Positions 29,916 to 38,305 of a stretch of DNA of 64,000 nucleotides are shown here, piece by piece. This DNA is from an uncultured Candidatus Bathyarchaeia archaeon (lineage in GTDB: Archaea; Thermoproteota; Bathyarchaeia; TCS64): positions 49 to 64,048 of the forward strand of contig CAZLHX010000001.1 in assembly GCA_964559475.1 (NCBI GenBank). The letters run 5' to 3'. The notes below the pieces were generated by a model. The model was not told where the DNA came from, did not search any database, and saw only the letters and a program-made list of their open reading frames with translations. Both the position numbers and the translations under genes were made by a program. How positions within the stretch are numbered: position 1 is the stretch's first letter; each line of letters starts with the position of its first letter.

Positions 29916-30844
29916 TGAGCTTCAAGTATAATGGAGTTAATATTGAAGATACCTTCGCCGAAGGTTTCAGCATGTGGGGAAGCAGAATAATTATCACAGC
30001 TACAAATAGAAAATGGGCGAATACAGCAGCAAACAACATGTGTGGCTTCGCTACAAGCGTCATCGCCTGTGATTGTGAGGCAGGAATAGAAAGAGAGCTT
30101 ACTCCAGAAGAAACACCAGATGGAAGACCGGGGACAGCGGTTATGGTGTTTGGGTTCAGTAGAAGCAAATTATCAGAGCCAATGCTAAACCGTATAGGCC
30201 AATGTGTGCTAACCTGCCCAACAACAGCAATCTATAATGGATTATCAGAGGAAAAAGCCGATGAAATGTTAGATGTAGGAAAAAGTGTACGTTTCTTTGG
30301 TGATGGTTATCAGGTAAAAATGAGGCTGGGAGATGGATATGGGAAACGGCAGAGGTATTGGAGAATACCCGTGATGGAAGGAGAGTTCATGATCGAGGAT
30401 AAATTCGGTGCCAAAAAAGCCGTTGCAGGAGGAAACTTCCTCATAATGGGTGAATCAGAAAAAGCTACATTAGAAGCATCCGAAAAAGCCATAGAGGCAA
30501 TAGATAAAGTTCCTATGGTTATAACCCCCTTCCCCGGTGGTTTATGCAGGAGCGGCAGCAAAGTAGGTTCAAGGTATAGTTTCCTGAGAGCTTCCACCAA
30601 CACCCCCTTTTGTCCTGCTATCAAGAATAGTTATCCAAATAGCAAGATACCTGACGGAGTAAATTCTGTTATTGAGATAGTAATAAACGGGCTTGATGAA
30701 CCCTCGGTGATGAATGCAATGGGTGAGGGAATTAAAGCAGCAACAAGCGTCAAAGGGATAAAATGGATTACAGCTGTAAATTTTGATGGAAAACTAGGGA
30801 AATATCAGATGTCTCTAAAGGATAGTCTTGGAGGTGAATGCTAG
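29909..30844 (+). CDS. ftr: Formylmethanofuran:tetrahydromethanopterin formyltransferase
   Basis: 311 aa. NGVNIEDTFAEGF, PEETPDGRPG, RIGQCVLT, FFGDGYQ, IPVMEGEF and EIVINGL all match Ftr. Confidence 0.93.
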   Translation: MVMSFKYNGVNIEDTFAEGFSMWGSRIIITATNRKWANTAANNMCGFATSVIACDCEAGIERELTPEETPDGRPGTAVMVFGFSRSKLSEPMLNRIGQCVLTCPTTAIYNGLSEEKADEMLDVGKSVRFFGDGYQVKMRLGDGYGKRQRYWRIPVMEGEFMIEDKFGAKKAVAGGNFLIMGESEKATLEASEKAIEAIDKVPMVITPFPGGLCRSGSKVGSRYSFLRASTNTPFCPAIKNSYPNSKIPDGVNSVIEIVINGLDEPSVMNAMGEGIKAATSVKGIKWITAVNFDGKLGKYQMSLKDSLGGEC

Positions 30845-31680
30845 TGAAAACCCTAGTCTTTACACCAAAGAGAATAACAAAGATACCCATCGAAGCAGAA
30901 ATAATCTCACCACCAAGAATTAGCGGAAAAAGTCTAGAAGATGTAAAGGAAATACTAGTCTATCAAGGAAACAAGAGACACAGACTCACTGACTTCTTTA
31001 CAATCGAAGGAGAAGTTGCAGAAAATCCAAGCAAAGTACGCATAGTAATAGATGATGACATTCCTCACGTCAAATACGTTGGAGCTGAAATGAATACAGG
31101 AGAGATACTAATCCGAGGTGACGCGGGAATGCATACAGGGTCTCAAATGGCTGGTGGAAAGATCACAATACAAGGTAATGTTTCTGATTGGGCAGGGGCA
31201 GAGATGAGCGGGGGGTTACTAAAAATCGAAGGAAACGCGGGTCACCAACTTGGTTCAGCTTACAGAGGAAGCAGTGAGGGTATGACGGGCGGAGTTATAA
31301 TAGTTGACGGAAAAGCTGGTTCAGAGGCAGCTGGATTCATGAGAAGAGGCATGTTGGTAATCGGAGAAGATACGGGACCATTTACTGGAGTACATATGAA
31401 TGGAGGAGAAATATTCGTTTTCGGAAAGACAGGGATAAGAGCAGGTGCACAAGCAAGAGGAAACGGGGGGTTCATAGCCTGTCTAGGAGGTATAGAGGAG
31501 GTTCTACCAACCTATAGATATGATACCACCTATAGCCCAGTCATGATGAAGCTATATCTAAAGGAGATGGCTGAAAAACTAGGAATCAAGAAAGCTTCCA
31601 AATTCAAGGATACCCGGTTTATACGATACAGGGGGGACCTCGCAGTAGGAGGCAACTCTGAGATCTTAGTTGCTAAGTGA
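30838..31680 (+). CDS. fwdC: Formylmethanofuran dehydrogenase subunit C
   Basis: 280 aa with tandem G-rich beta-helix repeats (GDAGMHTGSQMAGGKITIQGN, AGAEMSGGLLKIEGNAG). Confidence 0.9.
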   Translation: MLVKTLVFTPKRITKIPIEAEIISPPRISGKSLEDVKEILVYQGNKRHRLTDFFTIEGEVAENPSKVRIVIDDDIPHVKYVGAEMNTGEILIRGDAGMHTGSQMAGGKITIQGNVSDWAGAEMSGGLLKIEGNAGHQLGSAYRGSSEGMTGGVIIVDGKAGSEAAGFMRRGMLVIGEDTGPFTGVHMNGGEIFVFGKTGIRAGAQARGNGGFIACLGGIEEVLPTYRYDTTYSPVMMKLYLKEMAEKLGIKKASKFKDTRFIRYRGDLAVGGNSEILVAK

Positions 31681-32569
31681 TAACACTTTGAAATTCGGGA
31701 TACTATCCTCAGATAGGGAAGAATGGCATGTACTAAGGCTATCTAAAGAGCTTAAAAAAAGAGATAACGAGGTCTACATTTTCCCCGTCGCAAGGTTAGT
31801 ATCCAAGATAGCACTTGAGCCAAGCATATCCATACGTGGTTATCCTGTAGAGGATTATGACGCTGTTATAGTAAGACGTGTACCAGGAGGATCGGTAGAA
31901 CAGGTATTCTACAGAATGGATGTCCTTCACGTGTTAGAGGAATACGGGGTGAAGGTATTCAATCCTCCCCTTAGTATCGAAAAATCAGTTAACAAATACT
32001 ACACGTCAGCCCTCCTAGAGAAACATGGACTAAAATCCCCAAAAACCATAGTAGCTGAAAGCTTCAGAGATGCAATGAAAGGCTTCAAAGAGTTAAAAGA
32101 AGATGTAATAGTCAAACCATTATTTGGATCACTGGGCTCCGGGATGATTAGAGTAACTGATCAAGATATCGCGTACAGAGTTTTCAGAGCCCTGGAATCA
32201 ATAAATAGTGTATTTTATCTTCAAGAATATATTCCACATAAAAATACTGATATAAGAATATTTGTTGTTGGAGGAAGCGCAATATCTGCAATGAAAAGAG
32301 AGGGTGAAAGCTGGAAGACGAATATATCCTCTGGAGGTAAACCCATTCCATATGAGCCCTCAGAGGAAGAGACCAGAGTCAGCATTAAAGCAGCTGAAAT
32401 TTTTAATTTGGAATATACTGGAGTTGACCTTCTCCAATCTGAGGATGGAGAACTATACGTATTAGAAGTAAACAGCACACCAGGGTGGGAGGGGCTCCAA
32501 AAAGTGACGGAAAAAAATATCTCGAATGAAATTATCGAGCATATTCTTTCAAAGTTGAAGAAATCTTGA
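31670..32569 (+). CDS. RimK-type ATP-grasp ligase, MptN-like (tetrahydromethanopterin:alpha-L-glutamate ligase) or CofF-like
   Basis: 299 aa. ATP-grasp motifs are VIVKPLFGSLGSGM, YLQEYI and GVDLLQSEDGELYVLEVNSTPGW. The substrate assignment rests on context only. Confidence 0.7.
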   Translation: MLSDNTLKFGILSSDREEWHVLRLSKELKKRDNEVYIFPVARLVSKIALEPSISIRGYPVEDYDAVIVRRVPGGSVEQVFYRMDVLHVLEEYGVKVFNPPLSIEKSVNKYYTSALLEKHGLKSPKTIVAESFRDAMKGFKELKEDVIVKPLFGSLGSGMIRVTDQDIAYRVFRALESINSVFYLQEYIPHKNTDIRIFVVGGSAISAMKREGESWKTNISSGGKPIPYEPSEEETRVSIKAAEIFNLEYTGVDLLQSEDGELYVLEVNSTPGWEGLQKVTEKNISNEIIEHILSKLKKS

Positions 32570-33591
32570 AACCAAAAGATAGGGACTTTATCGAAACAAA
32601 GGAAGGATTACTGTTCTGTGTGGTCGGTTATCTTCACCCACCAGACAGAGTTACAGCTTACTTGAAATATATTCCATCTATAGACGGAAAATGGAGTAGA
32701 GGGGAGATTCATTATAATCGGACTTTACAGTTTTATCACGTAGCACAAGTCGAGAAGACGTATAATTACTTAGAAAAAATTTATCCAGACTATCTTTTCA
32801 AAGACCCTGTTAGAAATATAACCATCTCAGCAGTCCCAAAAAATAAGATTAAGCAATATTACAAACCTAAAGAGAGATTACAAGAAATCCTCGAAAAACC
32901 AAAGGATATCCTGGAAAAAAGGATATGTGAAATTATTAAAAAAATTAAAAAATACGTAAATATTGAGGGAAACATTGGAGTAACAGGATCTGTTCTTACA
33001 TGTTCTCATAACCCAAATTTCTCAGACTTAGATTTTACTGTTTATGGATTGAAAAATGTACTGGATCTCAAAAAATCGATACTTTCACTAAAATCAGAAG
33101 GAGAAATTAGGTTCTTATCTTCTGAAGAGCTTGAGACTTGGTGCCACGAACGTGGCAAGAAATTTCCTTTATCGGTAGCTGAATTAAAAAGAATTGCTTC
33201 TAAAAGATGGAATTTCGGGTACTATAAAGATACTTACATCTCATTTCACGCTACAAGAAATGATGAAGAAATCCAAGAAAAGTACGGTGATAATATTTAC
33301 ACACAGATAGGAGAAGTGAAAGGTACCGGGAGAGTAAATGATATATCTGAATCTATGTTTAATCCTGCTATTTATGAAATAAGAGACTCAGAACTCTTGG
33401 ATACTAATAGGAAGGTATCAGAGATTATTTCATTTGAAAGCTTATATGGAGGTCTATTTGAGGTTGATGAAAAGATTGAATTTAAGGGAAAACTTGAGAA
33501 AGTAGAAGGAAAAAAGAAATATTATCGTGTAGTTCTAGGTGGGTCAGGTTCCACTGATAGTTTTATGAAATGGTTTACTCCTCAGGATTAG
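32566..33591 (+). CDS. Pol-beta superfamily nucleotidyltransferase-like protein, paralog 2
   Basis: 341 aa. The NTase signature is GVTGSVLTCSHNPNFSDLDFTVYG. The TTG start overlaps the TGA of the ATP-grasp gene (cTTGA). The 3' end overlaps cdhE by 17 nt. Confidence 0.6.
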   Translation: MKPKDRDFIETKEGLLFCVVGYLHPPDRVTAYLKYIPSIDGKWSRGEIHYNRTLQFYHVAQVEKTYNYLEKIYPDYLFKDPVRNITISAVPKNKIKQYYKPKERLQEILEKPKDILEKRICEIIKKIKKYVNIEGNIGVTGSVLTCSHNPNFSDLDFTVYGLKNVLDLKKSILSLKSEGEIRFLSSEELETWCHERGKKFPLSVAELKRIASKRWNFGYYKDTYISFHATRNDEEIQEKYGDNIYTQIGEVKGTGRVNDISESMFNPAIYEIRDSELLDTNRKVSEIISFESLYGGLFEVDEKIEFKGKLEKVEGKKKYYRVVLGGSGSTDSFMKWFTPQD

Positions 33592-34990
33592 GCACCCATT
33601 TTTCGTCAAGGTACTTAGATATACCCGAGGAATCCATCGGTCCAACCGATACACTCCAACCTGAAAGCTCTCTGATCTCACCACTTAATCTTGCTGATCT
33701 ACCAGGTATTACTAAATGTCTATGGGATACTTTATCTCCGACTTTGTAGTTCGCCAATGCTTCCGCTACTGTATCGGCAGTCATCTTCCTACCAGCTACA
33801 GCACTCTCAACTGACATTCCCTCGCTGTCTATCACCAAAAGATAGCAGTCTATTTTAGCCGATTCAATGTCTGAAGCAACGGTATAGTAAGTTAATGCAA
33901 AGTTTGTCGTGAGTAAAACAGGCGACATTTCATCCGGTTCACCCATGACCTCCAATCCAGGTTCAACCGAGACAGGCTTTCTTGGATCCGTGTAAATGTT
34001 TGAGCGAAGTATTACTTGGGGTAGTAAAGCCCATCCACTTATACCATGAACCACCAAGGCATCAGTGAATCTGGTTATACATAATGCTGCAAGAGCGGCT
34101 TCATTCCATTCATTTATCAAAGGATCTTCCTCTTCTATTGCCCAGGCAGCCATGGGGGCACTCAATATTGGGTAGCCTAAGTGTTCCTCTTCATCATTTA
34201 TCGACTGCCATCTAAGTACCGTGAAGTTTTCTACGTTTGCTGACTGGTACATGTTAGGTTCAGTACCTGGGTCAAGAATTATATCCTCTATACCGTATTC
34301 TTCCAGTGTATGGGCTATGCTTTTCAGAGTATCTCTATCTTGAGGAGCATATGCTACTAAGGGACAGTTGAACTCAACTGCGAGTTCTGCCATATCACTC
34401 CAATTCGTGGTCGTGGCTCCATGTATTAAGGGACGTTTGTCTCCAACTATTTCTAGTGCTTTCCTCATACCTGCTGGTTCATGATTACAGAGGATCAATG
34501 GTTTTCTGGTTAATTCGCTAGCTCTCTCAACTGCTTTTGAAAAGATTTCAGGATCTTCACTGGTGCTGGTTATTGCTAGCATATCCAAGGTTAATTCCAT
34601 TCCAATGTATTCGTATCTAAAGTCATTTAGTATATTTATTCGTAACTCAAATTCATCGTCACTCATCTCATCACTGACATGGACCGCGATAGCAGGCTCA
34701 TGGAAGTAGGTGAACTCATGTCTATAAAGCACATATTCTCCACCGAGGGTTACTGTATCTTCTCCAGTGCCTACTTCGATGGCTTTGACTGCTGGTTTTA
34801 ATAAATTCCATAAGTCCTCATATTTATCATTATTTTCGGGGGTAAGCAGTGGTTCACATTCATCAAGTAATGCTTCCCTGTTTACTAGTTTAGCGGCGAA
34901 TGCCATGCAGTTTGCTTCTCCGCATTCTTTGCAGTTAGTCCTAGGAAGTTTCTGGTAGATCTCTATGGGGCTTAATTCTTTGGCTGGCAT
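33575..34990 (-). CDS. cdhE: CODH/ACS gamma subunit (corrinoid Fe-S protein large subunit)
   Basis: 471 aa. The N-terminal 4Fe-4S motif is LPRTNCKECGEANCMAFA. Confidence 0.9.
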   Translation of the reverse strand: MPAKELSPIEIYQKLPRTNCKECGEANCMAFAAKLVNREALLDECEPLLTPENNDKYEDLWNLLKPAVKAIEVGTGEDTVTLGGEYVLYRHEFTYFHEPAIAVHVSDEMSDDEFELRINILNDFRYEYIGMELTLDMLAITSTSEDPEIFSKAVERASELTRKPLILCNHEPAGMRKALEIVGDKRPLIHGATTTNWSDMAELAVEFNCPLVAYAPQDRDTLKSIAHTLEEYGIEDIILDPGTEPNMYQSANVENFTVLRWQSINDEEEHLGYPILSAPMAAWAIEEEDPLINEWNEAALAALCITRFTDALVVHGISGWALLPQVILRSNIYTDPRKPVSVEPGLEVMGEPDEMSPVLLTTNFALTYYTVASDIESAKIDCYLLVIDSEGMSVESAVAGRKMTADTVAEALANYKVGDKVSHRHLVIPGRSARLSGEIRELSGWSVSVGPMDSSGISKYLDEKWVPNPEE

Positions 34991-35001
34991 ACCATTTCCT
35001 C

Positions 35002-36327
35002 CTATACTTTTATCCTAACCCAGTCCGTGGGCTCGGGGGGTCTCTCTCCTTTCATAAGATTGTCTATTGTATTGCTGATGCTGTTAACTGCAGCTGGATG
35101 CATCATCATGAAGTAATCAACTCCTGCTAACAACAACGTTTGTGCTGTCACGGTTTCCCATATAGGTCCTCTGAGTTCACGGGGGGCAAATTCTGGGCCC
35201 ATTTTCATCCATGCTTCTCTTGCTGCCCAAGCATTAGTTGAACCAGATGATAGTGGGTGGTTTAACTCTGGATCTCCTTTAAGTGCTGCTAGTCTACATC
35301 GTTCCATCACGGTAAAAGCATAATCTAGACCGTATCCGAGGGCTGCCGTTGTGGTGTCCATTAATATCTGTTCTTTTTCTACGAAATCGTATAGTTTCCG
35401 GTTTAACTCCCTTGCCTTGTTTACGTCCATGCTCGTGAAGGCAATTACTGTGTTATTATAATCCCTTACCAGTTTGGCTGTTTCCTCAATCTTCATGTCC
35501 AATGTTACTGAGTTGAATAATAGGTTCTCTCCTTGGACATTCTCTGATATTGCTTTGAAAACTTCAAAATCTTTCTGTGGGTCTCCACATCCTCCTATAC
35601 TTATGGGCACGTCAACTGCTTCAACGACCTGTTCTACTGTCTTTACAGCTTCTTTTGGTGGTGCATCTTCTATTAGTGGATCTATAGTTAGAAGGTGTAC
35701 GTTAACCATTTCTGCTCCGTATTTCTCCACACATACACGTGACCACTCAGCCACATCATCTTTATATTCATCAAAGTGATTACGCACTGCTCTCGCGAGA
35801 CTGATCTTAGGCCAATCGAATACGTCAAGAGCGATTACTGGCTTATTAGGAGTGAGCTGTATAAAATTATAGAAAGCTGGAACCTTTTCTCCCCCAATAA
35901 CATAGGAGACTGAGCGGGTTCCACCTTCAGAAGATGTTGCTCCTAGCTTTACCTCAACTACTTCTCCTGGATACTCAGGAGTGGGCATACTTGCTTCATC
36001 TTGAAGTAGTTTATCAGGTTTGACTCTTTCTGGTGCCCTGTGTTGAATTTGTGTTTGTTGAACCTGTTGAGACATTGGCATGGAGGGAGCGCCAAGGAGA
36101 CTTGCCATTCTATTGGCTGAATCTCTAATTAACGCAAACTCATATCCAAGTCTAGCAAGTATGGGAGAGGATATTCCTCCGCTTCCAGCTTGGACATCAA
36201 ACTCTATCTCCTCGAGTTCGACGTCAAATTCTTCGAGTTCTACTTCCTCAAATTTTGCTATTTTTTCTAGTAAATCCCTACTAATAACTAGGTCTAGTTT
36301 ATCTTTTTCAGTCAACCTGGTCCTCAC
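35002..36327 (-). CDS. cdhD: CODH/ACS delta subunit (corrinoid Fe-S protein small subunit)
   Basis: 441 aa with a TIM-barrel pterin-binding-like C-terminal part. It occupies the expected operon position between cdhC and cdhE. Confidence 0.88.
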   Translation of the reverse strand: MRTRLTEKDKLDLVISRDLLEKIAKFEEVELEEFDVELEEIEFDVQAGSGGISSPILARLGYEFALIRDSANRMASLLGAPSMPMSQQVQQTQIQHRAPERVKPDKLLQDEASMPTPEYPGEVVEVKLGATSSEGGTRSVSYVIGGEKVPAFYNFIQLTPNKPVIALDVFDWPKISLARAVRNHFDEYKDDVAEWSRVCVEKYGAEMVNVHLLTIDPLIEDAPPKEAVKTVEQVVEAVDVPISIGGCGDPQKDFEVFKAISENVQGENLLFNSVTLDMKIEETAKLVRDYNNTVIAFTSMDVNKARELNRKLYDFVEKEQILMDTTTAALGYGLDYAFTVMERCRLAALKGDPELNHPLSSGSTNAWAAREAWMKMGPEFAPRELRGPIWETVTAQTLLLAGVDYFMMMHPAAVNSISNTIDNLMKGERPPEPTDWVRIKV

Positions 36328-37760
36328 TCCTTAACTACTTTTATGATTACTTTCTCTGCTTTTATTTTGGCATTTTTTAGGGTAATGCGGATTTTCATAC
36401 CCGAAGGTAATCCAGGCATAGATTGAGCTGGTAGCTGCATCGTCGGCATTGTAAAAGTAGATGGCATCTGTTGCATTTGATGGAATTGTTGCATTTGTTG
36501 TGGGGCTGATGGTTCTTCTTTAAGGGCTTCTTCCGTTTCTTCTGGCCATCTGTCTACGATTGGGTGTTCCTTCTCCTGTAACCAGCTCTCTAAGGTATCG
36601 AGGTCCATGGCATCATCTTCAGTGGTGATCTTTGATTTAATCTCCTCGGGTATGAATTCTTCAACTCTGCTCATTATATCCTTAGGCATCCAGACTATTC
36701 GGTCCCATCCTCCATCTGCCTGTAAGAATTTTGGGCTTCTCATATACTCAATGCTGAGGCCGTGGAATCCATCGACCTGTCTACCTCCAGCTGTCAGATC
36801 ACTTATAGTAACGAATGTGAGGCCGTTTACAGTCTCACCTTTATAATTTCTATCAACTATTCCAAATCCATCTACCTCAGGAATATAGAAAGCGCAGCCT
36901 TCAAAGCAGCCACAGCTGGTATGTGGGTATCCGAATGCGGTGTATAGTTGTACTCTTTCGATCTCTCCCAAGCTCTTATCTTGAATAACTTGATTTACTT
37001 CAGCGTATTCACCCGTTAGATCATCTAAAAGCTCTCCCTTAGGTATAGAAAAGACTGGTCCTTTTGGATCAACTTTTTCAGTGGCTCTTCCGTCGAACCA
37101 GCTTATAGCTCCACAGTTAGCGTACCTCTGAGGTGTAATGACGCATAGATGGGTTGGTGCAAAGCTCTGGCATAGACTGCATCCGTAGAATACGTCCACC
37201 TCATCGTCGCTCATTCCTCGGGCGCGTGCATCTCTTGCCTCGTAGATCTCCATAGCTTCATCGTATAATTCTTTTAATTTGTCTAAATCTGTGATAAACG
37301 TGATCTGCATTTTCTCAATAAATGGCATCTCACTCTTGTACAGTCTCATTAAGACTTCTCCGAACATCTTGAAGCTGTTAAATCCCTTCTGATAGCTCTT
37401 TTTACTTAACCTCATCTGGATGTCATACCTTTGATTAAGGTGCATGAATCCTTCGATGAAGTTTACGTACTCATGAAGTCTTCTCTCAATGACTCCTTCC
37501 AGATCCTTTTCAATCTCTTCCCCTGCAACTTCAATTATCATACCGAAAGGAGAGTTGGTTCCTTCAGGTAGTTCTGAGATATCTTTTCCAACTATCTCGA
37601 ATTTACCATCCTCAATATCATCCATACCCTTGGCTGTAACAAGTTCAAACTTGTAATCCTCTCTTGGACCACCGAGTTCGACTTGCATGTCTCTTCCACG
37701 GATTCTCTCACCCTCATAAATAATTCCAACATCTACAGGGATATCATCAAATAAACTCAT
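36324..37760 (-). CDS. cdhC: CODH/ACS beta subunit (acetyl-CoA synthase, A-cluster)
   Basis: 478 aa. Cluster motifs are CSLCQSFAPTHLCVITP, ANCGAISW and TSCGCFE. An archaeal-type Q/M/P-rich C-terminal extension is present. Confidence 0.93.
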   Translation of the reverse strand: MSLFDDIPVDVGIIYEGERIRGRDMQVELGGPREDYKFELVTAKGMDDIEDGKFEIVGKDISELPEGTNSPFGMIIEVAGEEIEKDLEGVIERRLHEYVNFIEGFMHLNQRYDIQMRLSKKSYQKGFNSFKMFGEVLMRLYKSEMPFIEKMQITFITDLDKLKELYDEAMEIYEARDARARGMSDDEVDVFYGCSLCQSFAPTHLCVITPQRYANCGAISWFDGRATEKVDPKGPVFSIPKGELLDDLTGEYAEVNQVIQDKSLGEIERVQLYTAFGYPHTSCGCFEGCAFYIPEVDGFGIVDRNYKGETVNGLTFVTISDLTAGGRQVDGFHGLSIEYMRSPKFLQADGGWDRIVWMPKDIMSRVEEFIPEEIKSKITTEDDAMDLDTLESWLQEKEHPIVDRWPEETEEALKEEPSAPQQMQQFHQMQQMPSTFTMPTMQLPAQSMPGLPSGMKIRITLKNAKIKAEKVIIKVVKE

Positions 37761-38305
37761 TTCTTAGCCTCCTCTAAGTTTGTAATAATCTCATCTAATT
37801 CCTCTTGCCATTTTTTATTTGGCGTGGACCCCATTGACCATTGCGCATTAGGTTGATATGAATTACTTAACGACATGGTTTTAAGATCAGGAGCGAAGTT
37901 TTTTAGCCCTGATAGTACAAGCCACTCCATATAATAGGGTGCACCTGCAAATAGTATAAGGTCATATTGTCCGTTTCCATCAAAACCATTCCAAGTGGGA
38001 TCCCTTAAACGGTCTCCTAGATTCATCATGGGCATACTCTGAACCATTGTACCTCTTTCTTTAAAATCTTTGATCAGATGGCCTGTAGCTGCTACGGTAA
38101 TTTTTCCAATTTTCTGTAATCTTATAGCAGTATCTATCAAGTCTCCATCTTTGGTAGATATATTTGGTGATTCTGAGCCAATAACCAAGAGGGGTCGCTC
38201 TGATTTCTTGATCATGGAAGCTGCCACTTTAGGGTTTGGTATCACAAATGCTTTTTTTGGACCCGCTATTTCCGCAGTCTGACCTGTCCTCATTTTTGCA
38301 GACAT
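37757..38305 (-). CDS. cdhB: CODH/ACS epsilon subunit
   Basis: 182 aa. Its size and its position immediately after cdhA (1-nt overlap) fit. Confidence 0.85.
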   Translation of the reverse strand: MSAKMRTGQTAEIAGPKKAFVIPNPKVAASMIKKSERPLLVIGSESPNISTKDGDLIDTAIRLQKIGKITVAATGHLIKDFKERGTMVQSMPMMNLGDRLRDPTWNGFDGNGQYDLILFAGAPYYMEWLVLSGLKNFAPDLKTMSLSNSYQPNAQWSMGSTPNKKWQEELDEIITNLEEAKK

